Shown: positions 40,489-50,919 of the stretch, piece by piece
Layout: each line of letters begins with the position of its first letter
Position numbering within the stretch: position 1 is the first letter of the stretch
NCBI GenBank assembly: GCA_963748095.1
Contig: CAVVIO010000023.1
Span: 42,518 to 106,517 of the forward strand
Direction of reading: 5' to 3'
Length of the DNA: 64,000 nt
Source: an uncultured Bacteroidales bacterium
GTDB taxonomy: Bacteria > Bacteroidota > Bacteroidia > Bacteroidales > UBA10428
The notes under the pieces: generated by a model
What the model was told of the DNA's origin: nothing
What the model saw: the letters and a program-made list of their open reading frames with translations, nothing else
Database searches by the model: none
Program-made: the position numbers and the translations under genes

Positions 40489-40622
40489 TTAATTAAAATT
40501 TTAGATACATTTTTCTATCACAAAAGTATCAAATTTTTGATGTTTGTATGTCAATGCAAATTCATTTCCTTGATTTTTCGGAAACATAATTGAAATTAAC
40601 TCCGTAAAAAGTTATCAACAAA

Positions 40623-40657
40623 GTGGGAAAAAATGGGGGAAAGTGGTGAGATGTGGT
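40623..40657 (+). promoter_or_regulatory. Four phased [G/A]TGG[G/T] direct repeats: candidate MraZ operator
   Basis: TGG occurs at 40624, 40634, 40644 and 40654, exactly 10 bp apart (GTGGG, ATGGG, GTGGT, GTGGT). The last box is 39 nt upstream of the mraZ ATG. Confidence 0.55.
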
Positions 40658-40695
40658 AATTTTTTCTTTATTTTTACGAATTATTGATTAAACCT

Positions 40696-41166
40696 ATGAC
40701 AACTTTTATAGGAGACTATACATGCAAGCCCGATTCAAAAGGGCGCGTACTGGTTCCTTCTGCCTTTCTGAAACAGATGGCTCAAGAAGCCCAGGAAAGG
40801 TTTGTCATAAAGAAAGATATTTTTGAAAATTGCCTGGTGCTTTACCCTATGGATGAATGGGAAAGTCAGGGTAAAATTATCCGGGAAAAGACCAATCCAT
40901 ATAACAGGGAACACAGTCATTTTCTGCGGCAGTTTTTCAAAGGAACAGCCGAGGTACTTCTCGATTCGAATAATCGGATACTGATACCCAAACGGTTGCT
41001 CGACGAAATTGATGCCGGCAAAGAACTAATACTGGCAGGTCAGTTTGGAAAAATTGAGATATGGCCTAAGAAAGCTTACGATGAATTAGGAAGCAGGGAG
41101 GATGAATTTACCTCTCTGGCTGAAAAAATTTTAGGTGGTAAAATATATGAAACCGATGAGAAATGA
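40696..41166 (+). CDS. mraZ: Transcriptional regulator MraZ
   Basis: Duplicated 'DSKGRVLVP' / 'DSNNRILIP' motifs. The ATG at 40696 is preferred over the listed TTG at 40684. Confidence 0.92.
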   Translation: MTTFIGDYTCKPDSKGRVLVPSAFLKQMAQEAQERFVIKKDIFENCLVLYPMDEWESQGKIIREKTNPYNREHSHFLRQFFKGTAEVLLDSNNRILIPKRLLDEIDAGKELILAGQFGKIEIWPKKAYDELGSREDEFTSLAEKILGGKIYETDEK

Positions 41167-42059
41167 ATTATCACCAGCCGGTTTTATTAAAGGAAAGTAT
41201 TGAAGGGCTAAATATACGGCCCGATGGAATATATGTTGATGCCACATTTGGTGGCGGTGGTCATTCTTTGGAAATCCTCAGCCATTTGAAAAAGGGAAGA
41301 TTATTTGGTTTCGATCAGGATGAGGACACAATTGGCAATATTCCCAAAGATGAGCGCTTCACTTTTGTCAATCATAATTTCAGGTTCTTACACAATTTTT
41401 TAAAATACTACGGTGTTCATTCAATTGATGGTTTGATTGCCGATTTGGGCGTTTCATCCCATCATTTTGAAAGTGTTGAAAGGGGATTTTCTTTTCGTGG
41501 AGAAACCGGTCTGGATATGCGGATGAACCGGAAATCAGATTTTTCGGCCAAAGATGTAATCAATACTTATTCCGGGGAAAAGCTTCAGACTGTCTTTTCG
41601 GCATACGGAGAAGTGCATAACGCCCGTAAATTAGCTTCTGTAATTGTCAGTGAAAGGGAAAAATCACCTATTGTACAAACAGGAGAGTTTCTGAAAGCTA
41701 TTTCGGGTTGTATCCCTCCCCGGAAAGAAAATCAATACCTGGCAAAAGTATTTCAGGCTATCCGGATTGAAGTAAATCACGAGATATTCAATCTGAAACA
41801 ATTACTGGAGCAATGTTTGGAAACTCTGAATACTGATGGACGACTGGTGGTAATCAGTTATCATTCGCTGGAAGACAGGCTGGTAAAAAATTTTATTCGA
41901 TGGGGAAATTTCGAGAAGGAAGCACCAAAGGATTTGTACGGGAATTCCAACACCCCTTTAAGGGCGGTCAATAAAAAAGTAATTATACCGGGTGAAGAAG
42001 AAATTGAAATGAATAACAGGGCCAGGAGCGCTAAACTCAGAATTGCTGAAAAAGTATAA
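41163..42059 (+). CDS. rsmH: 16S rRNA (cytosine1402-N4)-methyltransferase
   Basis: 'HQPVLLKE' and 'DATFGGGGHS'. Overlaps the mraZ stop (ATGA). Confidence 0.95.
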   Translation: MNYHQPVLLKESIEGLNIRPDGIYVDATFGGGGHSLEILSHLKKGRLFGFDQDEDTIGNIPKDERFTFVNHNFRFLHNFLKYYGVHSIDGLIADLGVSSHHFESVERGFSFRGETGLDMRMNRKSDFSAKDVINTYSGEKLQTVFSAYGEVHNARKLASVIVSEREKSPIVQTGEFLKAISGCIPPRKENQYLAKVFQAIRIEVNHEIFNLKQLLEQCLETLNTDGRLVVISYHSLEDRLVKNFIRWGNFEKEAPKDLYGNSNTPLRAVNKKVIIPGEEEIEMNNRARSAKLRIAEKV

Positions 42060-42061
42060 AA

Positions 42062-42442
42062 ATGAGTACTAAAAGAGAAAATATCGAATTCATTGATCAG
42101 GAACAGGAACGAAAAGAAATAAAATCTTTTTCGCTGAAAGGAATCCTTGATGGCAGTGTTCTGGCAAAAACAGCCATAACCAACCAGTTGCCCTTTATTT
42201 TTTTCCTGGTTTTATTGGGACTTTTATATATAGGAAACAGGTACAGGGCCGAGCGCCTGGTACGTCAGATGGATCACATTCAAACGGAAGTGGGCAATTT
42301 GCGGGCAGAACAGATTACTACTGCTTCGGAATTAATGAAAATAAGCACTCCATCGGAGGTTGCAAAACTAATACAAGAAAAAAACCTTGGACTGGAGGAA
42401 GCTACAAAGCCTCCTGTTAAGATAGTTAAAAAGGATGATTGA
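42062..42442 (+). CDS. FtsL-like cell division protein
   Basis: 126 aa with a single TM followed by a coiled-coil-like segment. Position between rsmH and ftsI. Confidence 0.6.
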   Translation: MSTKRENIEFIDQEQERKEIKSFSLKGILDGSVLAKTAITNQLPFIFFLVLLGLLYIGNRYRAERLVRQMDHIQTEVGNLRAEQITTASELMKISTPSEVAKLIQEKNLGLEEATKPPVKIVKKDD

Positions 42443-42445
42443 AAC

Positions 42446-44572
42446 ATGTCACTAAAAAGAGACATAGTATGGCGTGTAGCCCTGGTGTATTTCACGATCC
42501 TGGCATTGTCGATCTGGATATTCGGTAAAGTGCTTTATCTGCAGTTTATCGAAAAAGACAAGTGGGAAGCCAAAGTGGAAAATGCTACTGTTAGGGATGT
42601 AAAATTACCTCCCAACAGAGGGGATATTTATGCCGACGATATGCGGTTACTGGCCAGCTCTATCCCCTATTACGAAATAAGAATGGATCTGAAATCTACG
42701 GCACTTACCAATAGTATTTTTAATAAGAAGATCGACTCGCTTTCATTGTGTCTGTCCCATCTGTTTCGTGATAAAAGCAAGGAGGGATATAAGAATGAAT
42801 TAATTCAGGCCAGGAAGAATGGAGAACGTTTTTACCTGATCAAACGAAAAGTTAATTACATCCAGCTAAAGAAACTAAAGCAATTTCCCATTTTCCGTTT
42901 AGGAAGATACAAAGGAGGATTTATTTATGTGCAGGAAAATGAACGGATAAGACCGAATGGCAACCTGGCTTCGCGCACGATCGGTCGTACTACAAAAGAC
43001 AGAGGCGGTAACATTGTCGGTATCGAAGGAGCTTATGATCCTGAGTTAACCGGGGTGGAAGGAGTAAGGCTCGAACAAAAATTATCCGGCAATGTATGGA
43101 TGCCTATTAACGAACGAAACGAAATAGAGCCGAAAGACGGGAAAAGTGTTGTGACCACAATTGATATCGATCTGCAGGATGTTGCCGAAAACGCACTATT
43201 GAAACAATTAAGGTTGCATAAAGCGCATCATGGTTCGGCTGTACTTATGGAAGTAGCCACCGGGGAGATCAAAGCCATAGTAAATCTCACCGACACTTTC
43301 GGAACATATATGGAATATTATAATTATGCAATTGGTGAAAGTACCGAACCTGGCTCCACTTTTAAATTACCTGTACTGATTGCTGCCATGGAAGACGGCT
43401 ACATCGATCTGAATGATACGGTTCATACCGGGAATGGAATAATGCAGATCTACGATAAAAAGATAAAGGATGACAGCTATGTAAATGGTGGGTGGGGCAC
43501 ACTTACTGTTAAACAGGTATTGGAACATTCTTCAAATGTGGGGATGGCCAAACTTATAATGAAATATTATAAAAACCAGCCTCAGCGACTCATCGACCGA
43601 TTGTGCAGTATGGACCTGAATCAAAAAATTGGCCTGGAAATTAAGGGAGAAGGCAATCCGGTGATCCGCTTTCCGGGCGACAAACTTTGGTCGGGCATCT
43701 CACTGGCAATGATGGCACATGGATATGAAGTGCGGCTTACCCCATTGCAAATACTTACCTTCTATAATGCAATTGCCAACAATGGCAGGATGGTGAAGCC
43801 CAGATTTGTTAAAGAGCTTATGTATCACGGAAAGATAGTGAAAACGTATGGTACCGAAGTTATAAATCCTTCAATTTGTTCCAGATCCACCTTGCGCAAA
43901 GCAAGGAATATGCTCGAAGGAGTGGTGGAAGAAGGTACCGCCAGTAATTTAAGAAATCCCTACCTGAAAATTGCCGGGAAAACTGGTACAACACAGATAT
44001 ATAATAAAAAATACGGGTATAAATTGGGAACACAAGTAAATTACCAGGCTTCGTTTGTAGGATACTTTCCGGCCGATCATCCAAAATATTCCTGCATTGT
44101 GGTTATCAATTCACCATCGAAAGATGTGTATTACGGAAACCAGGTTGCCGGACCCGTATTTCAGGAAATAGCAAATAAGGTGTATGCCACGGATCTTAAA
44201 ATGCAAAAATCGATAAACAGTGAAGAAAAAAATATGATTGTTGATCTGCCTTATTCCAAGAATAGTTATAAACCAGATCTGGAAGAAGTGTTAAACGCAT
44301 TGAAAATTCAAACGAAAGATTCGGTTAATAATTCAGAATGGGTGGCTACTGTAAAACAGAATAAATACATCGAGCTGGAAGATAAACCGATAATTAAAAA
44401 TCTGGTACCTAATGTAGTCTCTATGGGAGCAAAAGATGCAATATACCTGCTCGAAAATGCAGGGCTAAAAGTGAAAATTCTTGGCAGGGGAAGTGTTCAA
44501 AGCCAGTCGGTTCCTCCAGGTTCAAGGATTAAAAAAGGAGAAGTAGTAACGTTGGAAATGAGTTTTATTTAA
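42446..44572 (+). CDS. ftsI: Penicillin-binding protein 3-type transpeptidase with C-terminal PASTA domain
   Basis: 'GSTFK', 'HSSNVG' and 'AGKTGTTQ'. Confidence 0.9.
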   Translation: MSLKRDIVWRVALVYFTILALSIWIFGKVLYLQFIEKDKWEAKVENATVRDVKLPPNRGDIYADDMRLLASSIPYYEIRMDLKSTALTNSIFNKKIDSLSLCLSHLFRDKSKEGYKNELIQARKNGERFYLIKRKVNYIQLKKLKQFPIFRLGRYKGGFIYVQENERIRPNGNLASRTIGRTTKDRGGNIVGIEGAYDPELTGVEGVRLEQKLSGNVWMPINERNEIEPKDGKSVVTTIDIDLQDVAENALLKQLRLHKAHHGSAVLMEVATGEIKAIVNLTDTFGTYMEYYNYAIGESTEPGSTFKLPVLIAAMEDGYIDLNDTVHTGNGIMQIYDKKIKDDSYVNGGWGTLTVKQVLEHSSNVGMAKLIMKYYKNQPQRLIDRLCSMDLNQKIGLEIKGEGNPVIRFPGDKLWSGISLAMMAHGYEVRLTPLQILTFYNAIANNGRMVKPRFVKELMYHGKIVKTYGTEVINPSICSRSTLRKARNMLEGVVEEGTASNLRNPYLKIAGKTGTTQIYNKKYGYKLGTQVNYQASFVGYFPADHPKYSCIVVINSPSKDVYYGNQVAGPVFQEIANKVYATDLKMQKSINSEEKNMIVDLPYSKNSYKPDLEEVLNALKIQTKDSVNNSEWVATVKQNKYIELEDKPIIKNLVPNVVSMGAKDAIYLLENAGLKVKILGRGSVQSQSVPPGSRIKKGEVVTLEMSFI

Positions 44573-46047
44573 TGCCAAAATACATCGATGACATATTAAC
44601 AGGAATCAGCGATTACCGGATATCTGGTGACAGGAAGAAGGTGATTGGAAACATTCAGTTCGATTCGAGACTGGTGAAAAAGGGAGATGTGTTTGTTGCT
44701 GTAAAAGGCACCCAGGTCGACGGACATCAGTTTATCCAACTGGCTGTAGAGAAAGGTGCCGGCGTTATAGTTTGTGAAAAATTACCATCTGAACTTAACA
44801 ATGAGTTAACTTATGTGCTGGTAAACGATTCGGCAAAATCACTGGGTATTTTAGCTTCCAATTATTTCGACCGTCCGTCATCAAAATTAAAACTTTTGGG
44901 TGTTACCGGGACAAACGGAAAAACTACGATTGCTACTTTATTATATCAGCTGTTCGGACACATGGGATACAAACCGGGGTTGATCTCTACAGTTGCCAAT
45001 TACATAGGTAATAAAAAGGAAGCATCAACGCATACAACACCGGATGCTGTAAGTATAAACCGGTTACTGGCAGATATGGTGGAAGCGGGATGCGATTATG
45101 CCTTTATGGAAGTGAGTTCACATGCCATTGTGCAGGAACGTATTTCCGGATTAACATTTTCAGGGGGTATTTTTACAAATATCACACACGATCACCTGGA
45201 TTATCACGAAACTTTTCGCGATTATCTCAACGCGAAAAAATTGTTTTTCGACAAGTTGCCCGATAATTCGTTTGCTGTTTTCAATTCAGACGATAAGAAC
45301 GGGAAAGTGATGGCCCAGAATACAAAGGCAACAAAATATTTCTACGGGCTGAAAACAATGGCAGATTTTAAAGCACGGATCATAGAAAGTCATTTCGATG
45401 GCATGCTTATTCATATTGACGGAAAAGAATTATGGACAACCCTGATTGGTGAATTCAATGTTTACAACTTGCTTGCTATCTATGCAGGTGCAGTTCTGCT
45501 TGGTCAGGATAAGGATAAGGTTCTTCAGAAAATAAGCATTTTAAAAACCGTGGACGGTCGGTTCGAATACCTTCGATCAAACGACGGGATTACCGCCATT
45601 GTCGATTATGCCCACACCCCCGATGCATTGCTGAATGTTCTTACCACTATCAATAAAATTCGTTCAGGGAACGAAAAACTCATTACTGTGGTGGGTGCTG
45701 GTGGAAACCGTGATAAAACCAAACGTCCCATAATGGCCCGGGTAGCGGTAGAAAACAGTACACAGCTGATCCTTACTTCCGATAATCCCAGGAATGAAGA
45801 TCCGGTGACTATTTTAGAGGATATGAAAAAAGGTATTGAAGCCGATCAGAAAAAAAAGGTACTTGTTATTACCGACCGGAAAGAGGCGATAAAAACAGCC
45901 TGTATGCTGGCTCAAAATGGAGATATTATCCTGGTTGCCGGCAAGGGGCATGAAACCTACCAGGAAATCAAGGGGGTAAAACACCATTTCAGTGATAAAG
46001 AGATAATTGCCGAACATTTTATGCTCAACCATATGAATTTGCAATAG
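44572..46047 (+). CDS. murE: UDP-N-acetylmuramoyl-L-alanyl-D-glutamate--2,6-diaminopimelate ligase
   Basis: 'GVTGTNGKTT' and 'TSDNPRNEDP'. Confidence 0.92.
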   Translation: MPKYIDDILTGISDYRISGDRKKVIGNIQFDSRLVKKGDVFVAVKGTQVDGHQFIQLAVEKGAGVIVCEKLPSELNNELTYVLVNDSAKSLGILASNYFDRPSSKLKLLGVTGTNGKTTIATLLYQLFGHMGYKPGLISTVANYIGNKKEASTHTTPDAVSINRLLADMVEAGCDYAFMEVSSHAIVQERISGLTFSGGIFTNITHDHLDYHETFRDYLNAKKLFFDKLPDNSFAVFNSDDKNGKVMAQNTKATKYFYGLKTMADFKARIIESHFDGMLIHIDGKELWTTLIGEFNVYNLLAIYAGAVLLGQDKDKVLQKISILKTVDGRFEYLRSNDGITAIVDYAHTPDALLNVLTTINKIRSGNEKLITVVGAGGNRDKTKRPIMARVAVENSTQLILTSDNPRNEDPVTILEDMKKGIEADQKKKVLVITDRKEAIKTACMLAQNGDIILVAGKGHETYQEIKGVKHHFSDKEIIAEHFMLNHMNLQ

Positions 46048-46056
46048 GAGGTTATT

Positions 46057-47310
46057 ATGTTGTATTATTTATTCAGTTATCTAAATAAATTCGATATACC
46101 GGGAGCGGGAATGTTCCAATACATTTCCTTCCGTTCGGGTATGGCCATAATTACTTCTCTCATTATTTCCATGGTATTTGGGAAAAAGATTATCATGCTG
46201 TTGCAGAAGAAACAAATTGGAGAATCTATCCGCAACCTGGGACTGGAAGGACAGATGCAGAAAAAGGGTACCCCTACCATGGGTGGGATAATTATCCTGG
46301 CATCTGTATTTATTCCTGTGCTTTTATTTGGTGATATACGCAATGTGTATGTAATACTTATGTTGATAACCACCCTCTGGCTGGGATTTGTCGGATTTCT
46401 GGATGATTATATTAAAGTATATAAAAAGAACAAGGAAGGACTTCGGGGAAAATTTAAAATCCTCGGTCAAATAGTTTTGGGACTTGTTGTAGGCCTGACA
46501 ATGTATCTGAATAAAGACATTGTAGTAAGGCAAAAAGTGTTGACAGATAAAGGAACTCCTGTTGTGCGTGTTGTTCAGGAGACCGATGATGTGAAAACAC
46601 ATGAAGAATTTGTTACCCGAGAGGTAAAATCAACGAAGGTTAACGTTCCGTTTTTCAAAAATAATGAGTTCGACTATGCCGTGTTGATCAGTTTTCTGGG
46701 AAAAGAAACAAGGGAGAAATGGGCATGGGTAGTAGTTATCCTGGCAATAATTTTTATTGTCATTGCAGTTTCGAATGGGGCGAACCTTACAGATGGTCTG
46801 GATGGCCTGGCATCGGGAATATCAGCGATAATAGGTATTACGCTCGGTATACTGGCATACCTGTCGGGTAACATTATCTATGCCGATTACCTGAATATTA
46901 TGTATATACCTCACACCGGAGAGCTGGTGGTGTACATGAGTGCATTTATCGGGGCACTGATCGGGTTTATGTGGTACAACTCCTATCCGGCGCAGGTATT
47001 TATGGGAGATACGGGAAGCCTTGCTATCGGGGGAATAATAGCTGTATTTGCGATTCTTATCCGCAAAGAATTACTCATCCCTATCCTATGCGGGATCTTC
47101 TTTGTAGAAAGCTTGTCGGTAGTGATGCAGGTAAGCTATTTCAAATACACAAAGAAAAAATTTGGTGAAGGGAAAAGAATATTTCTGATGGCGCCATTGC
47201 ATCATCATTATCAAAAAAAGGGCTATCCGGAACCTAAGATTGTAACAAGGTTTTTGATAGTTGCCATATTACTGGCAGTAATTACAATTGTAACACTAAA
47301 GATCAGATAA
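46057..47310 (+). CDS. mraY: Phospho-N-acetylmuramoyl-pentapeptide transferase
   Basis: '[10 protein letters not shown]' and '[13 protein letters not shown]'. Confidence 0.95.
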   Translation: MLYYLFSYLNKFDIPGAGMFQYISFRSGMAIITSLIISMVFGKKIIMLLQKKQIGESIRNLGLEGQMQKKGTPTMGGIIILASVFIPVLLFGDIRNVYVILMLITTLWLGFVGFLDDYIKVYKKNKEGLRGKFKILGQIVLGLVVGLTMYLNKDIVVRQKVLTDKGTPVVRVVQETDDVKTHEEFVTREVKSTKVNVPFFKNNEFDYAVLISFLGKETREKWAWVVVILAIIFIVIAVSNGANLTDGLDGLASGISAIIGITLGILAYLSGNIIYADYLNIMYIPHTGELVVYMSAFIGALIGFMWYNSYPAQVFMGDTGSLAIGGIIAVFAILIRKELLIPILCGIFFVESLSVVMQVSYFKYTKKKFGEGKRIFLMAPLHHHYQKKGYPEPKIVTRFLIVAILLAVITIVTLKIR

Positions 47311-47313
47311 GTA

Positions 47314-48651
47314 ATGGAAGAAAGAATCGTAATTTTAGGAGCCGGTGAGAGTGGGACCGGAGCGGCAGTCCTCGCAAAACAACAGGGATATGATGTGTTT
47401 GTATCCGACTCGGGAAAAATTAAAAGCCATTACAAAGAGATTTTGTTCACATACGAAATCGAATGGGAAGAAGACCAGCACACAGAGAAGCTCATACTCA
47501 ATGCCGATGAAGTGATCAAGAGCCCCGGAATATCCGAGAAATCCGAAATTGTACTGGCTATACGTAAAAAGGAAATACCGGTCATTTCCGAGATTGAATT
47601 TGCCAGCCGGTTCACCAGCGCAAAGCTTATCTGTGTTACAGGGAGCAATGGTAAAACAACAACTACTTCCCTGTTACACCACATGCTGAAAAAAGCAGGG
47701 TTAAACTGTGGTATGGCCGGAAATATAGGGAAAAGCTTTGCCATGTCGGTCGCCCAGAATAATTACGATTACTATGTGCTTGAACTGAGCAGCTTTCAGT
47801 TGGAGGGTATTTATCACTTCAAACCCAGTATTGCCATATTGTTAAATATCACCGCCGATCATCTCGACCGGTATGGCTACGACCTGCAAAATTATGTGGA
47901 TGCCAAATTCCGGATAACACAGAATCTTTCGGAAGATGAATATTTTGTTTATTGTTCGGATGATGAGATCACAATAAGAGAACTGGAGAAGATCGTATTA
48001 AAGGCTAAACAGTTAGGCTTCACCCTTGCTACTAACAGGAGGCAGGGAGCTTATATCGAAAATTCCATGATGAAAGTTGAAGTAGGTGATGATGTTTTTA
48101 CCATGAGCGTAAATGACTTGTCTCTTAAAGGAAAACACAATATTTACAACTCTATGGCTGCCGGAATAACAGGAAGAGTGTTGCAGTTACGAAAAGAAAT
48201 TATTCGTGAAAGCCTGATGGATTTCAAGGGAGTGGAACACCGGCTCGAACGATTTATTAAAGTACATGGCATTGAATTTATCAACGATTCGAAAGCCACA
48301 AATGTAAACTCCACCTGGTATGCATTGGAAAGTATGACAGATTCGGTGATTTGGATAGCCGGGGGTATTGATAAAGGGAACGATTACATGGAGCTGGAAG
48401 AATTGGTTCGTCAAAAGGTGAAAGCACTCATCTGCCTGGGAACCGATAATAAAAAATTACACGAAGCATTTGATAATAAAATAGAAACTATAGTTGATGC
48501 ATCATCGATGAAAGATGCCGTGAAAGCTGCTTATCATCTCGGAACCAATGGTGATGTTGTTCTGTTATCGCCGGCATGTGCCAGTTTTGATCTGTTTGAA
48601 AACTATGAAGACAGGGGCCGGCAATTTAAAGAATGTGTGAGGGAATTATAA
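47314..48651 (+). CDS. murD: UDP-N-acetylmuramoylalanine--D-glutamate ligase
   Basis: 'ILGAGESGTGAA' and 'VTGSNGKTTT'. Confidence 0.93.
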   Translation: MEERIVILGAGESGTGAAVLAKQQGYDVFVSDSGKIKSHYKEILFTYEIEWEEDQHTEKLILNADEVIKSPGISEKSEIVLAIRKKEIPVISEIEFASRFTSAKLICVTGSNGKTTTTSLLHHMLKKAGLNCGMAGNIGKSFAMSVAQNNYDYYVLELSSFQLEGIYHFKPSIAILLNITADHLDRYGYDLQNYVDAKFRITQNLSEDEYFVYCSDDEITIRELEKIVLKAKQLGFTLATNRRQGAYIENSMMKVEVGDDVFTMSVNDLSLKGKHNIYNSMAAGITGRVLQLRKEIIRESLMDFKGVEHRLERFIKVHGIEFINDSKATNVNSTWYALESMTDSVIWIAGGIDKGNDYMELEELVRQKVKALICLGTDNKKLHEAFDNKIETIVDASSMKDAVKAAYHLGTNGDVVLLSPACASFDLFENYEDRGRQFKECVREL

Positions 48652-48652
48652 T

Positions 48653-49816
48653 ATGAGTGAAATAGTTCAGAAATATTTTAAAGGCGACCGGATCATCTGG
48701 GGGGTGATCCTGGGGCTTTCTATTTTTTCTGTTCTGGCAGTTTACAGTTCTACCGGAACTCTTGCCTATAAATACCAGGGAGGAAATACCGGCTATTATA
48801 TTATGAAACATGCCACCTTCCTGTTTATAGGATTAATAATTGTTTATATCACTCATTTAATACCCTATAAATTTTTTTCCAGGTTGTCGCAGTTATTTGT
48901 TCTTATTGCCATACCCTTACTATTAATCACTTTGTTTATGGGTGCACGTATCAATGAAGCATCGCGATGGCTTACCCTGCCGGGTCTGGGTTTTACCGTT
49001 CAGACTTCCGATTTTGCCAAGTTGGCGCTGATCATGTATGTAGCGCGCTTTTTATCCATCAAACAGGATAAGGTCAAGGATTTCAAAACAACATTTGTTC
49101 CCTTAATAATACCGGTATTGCTGATTTGCGGATTAATTCTGCCGGCTAATCTTTCCACTTCGGTAATTCTTTTCGGCACTTCTATCGTTCTTATGTTTAT
49201 CGGAAGGATAGATTTCAGGTATATCCTGCTATTATTCATTATTCTTATAGGTTTGCTGGCAGCATTCATTTTTATAGCAAAATTTATTGGTTACGAAGGC
49301 AGGATAAAGACATGGGAAAACCGTGTAGAGAATTTCAGGAGCGGTAGCGGGGAAGAGGACGGAAACTACCAGTCGGATCAGTCGAAGATTGCAATTTCTA
49401 CCGGGGGGATATTTGGGAAAGGCCCAGGTAACAGCGTACAGCGTAATTTTCTTCCGCATCCTTATTCCGATTTTATTTATGCCATTATAGTAGAAGAATA
49501 CGGATCGTTCGGGGGACTTATCATATTACTGTTTTACCTGATTTTATTTTTCAGGGCGGGAGTAATTGTGCGAAAAAGCAGCAGAACATTTCCTGCTTTT
49601 CTTGCCGTAGGACTTACCCTGATGCTTGTATTTCAGGCGATAGTAAATATGGCGGTAGCAGTTGGCATCATGCCGGTTACCGGGCAGCCACTTCCTTTGG
49701 TGAGTATGGGAGGCTCTTCTATGTTATTCAGTTGCACGGCGCTGGGGGTTGTTCTGAGTGTAAGCCGGAGTACCCGTGATCCGGAAGTAATTACGGAGGG
49801 TGTTGAAAATGACTGA
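48653..49816 (+). CDS. ftsW: SEDS-family peptidoglycan polymerase FtsW
   Basis: Polytopic membrane protein, with 'QTSDFAKLALIMY' and 'PLPLVSMGGSS'. Confidence 0.88.
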   Translation: MSEIVQKYFKGDRIIWGVILGLSIFSVLAVYSSTGTLAYKYQGGNTGYYIMKHATFLFIGLIIVYITHLIPYKFFSRLSQLFVLIAIPLLLITLFMGARINEASRWLTLPGLGFTVQTSDFAKLALIMYVARFLSIKQDKVKDFKTTFVPLIIPVLLICGLILPANLSTSVILFGTSIVLMFIGRIDFRYILLLFIILIGLLAAFIFIAKFIGYEGRIKTWENRVENFRSGSGEEDGNYQSDQSKIAISTGGIFGKGPGNSVQRNFLPHPYSDFIYAIIVEEYGSFGGLIILLFYLILFFRAGVIVRKSSRTFPAFLAVGLTLMLVFQAIVNMAVAVGIMPVTGQPLPLVSMGGSSMLFSCTALGVVLSVSRSTRDPEVITEGVEND

Positions 49817-49823
49817 GCGTAAA

Positions 49824-50916
49824 ATGAAAATAATAATCAGCGGAGGAGGTACGGGGGGACATATTTTCCCGGCACTGGCTATTGCCGAAGAAATTAAAAA
49901 ACGGCATAAGTCTGCCGATATATTATTTGTAGGTGCCAAAGACAGGATGGAGATGGAAAAAATCCCGGCTGCGGGTTACAGGATTATCGGACTGCCGGTG
50001 GCTGGATTCAGCAGAAAACAACTGGCGAAGAATTTCTCAGTAATCTTCCGGCTTATAGTAAGTTTAAAAAAAGCGAAAGGAATTATTAAAGAATTTAAAC
50101 CGGATATAGTGGTTGGAGTCGGCGGATATGCCAGCGGCCCGATGTTGCGCACTGCTGCCCGACAAGGAATCCCGACACTGATACAGGAACAGAATTCATA
50201 TGCCGGAATGACCAATCGCCTGCTTGGCAAAAAAAACACAAAAAATTTGTGTGGCTTATCCCGGCATGGATAACTATTTTCCGGCGGATAAAATTGTTCT
50301 TACAGGAAATCCGGTTCGTACAGGTCTTTCCGATATCGGAAAAAAAATATCGGAAGCAAGGACATATTTTGATCTTGAAAAAAATAAACCTGTACTTCTT
50401 ATCTTAGGTGGAAGTCTTGGAGCCCGTACCATTAACAGGAGTGTGATGGAAAATCTCGACTTACTGGCTGAATCGGGAGTTTCAGTGATCTGGCAAACCG
50501 GAGCACTTTATCATTCAGAAGCACTGGAAGCCGTGAAAGGTTTTTCTGTAGAAAACATAAAAATTCACGATTTCATTTCACGCATGGATCTGGCGTATGC
50601 CATTGCAGATGTAATTATCAGCCGGGCAGGGGCAGGAACAATTTCCGAAATTTGCCTGGTTGAGAAACCGCTTATCCTGGTGCCTTCTCCCAATGTGGCA
50701 GAAGACCATCAGACAAAAAATGCCATGGCTCTGGTTGATCGTGAAGCCGCAGAAATAGTAAAAGATGACGAAGCCGTTGAAAGGCTTTTACCACGGGCTC
50801 TGATATTGTTAAAAGATGAGGAACGACAAAAACTATTGAGTAAAAATATTTCAAAACTGGCATTGCCTGATTCGGCAAAACTAATTGTGAACGAAATTGA
50901 AAAATTAATACAATAA
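49824..50916 (+). pseudogene. murG: murG (lipid II GlcNAc transferase) interrupted by a +1 frameshift in an A8 run; possibly a sequence error
   Basis: ORFs 49800-50273 ('GGGTGGHIFPALA') and 50224-50916 are the two halves of MurG. Deleting one A from the run at 50229-50236 yields the continuous sequence '...[22 protein letters not shown]...' and a protein of about 363 aa. Confidence 0.9.
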
Positions 50917-50919
50917 ACA

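Noticed and set aside
49800-50916. Two separate small glycosyltransferase genes (49800-50273 and 50224-50916)
   Set aside because: They are the N- and C-terminal halves of a single MurG, joined by removing one A from an A8 run. They are not independent genes.
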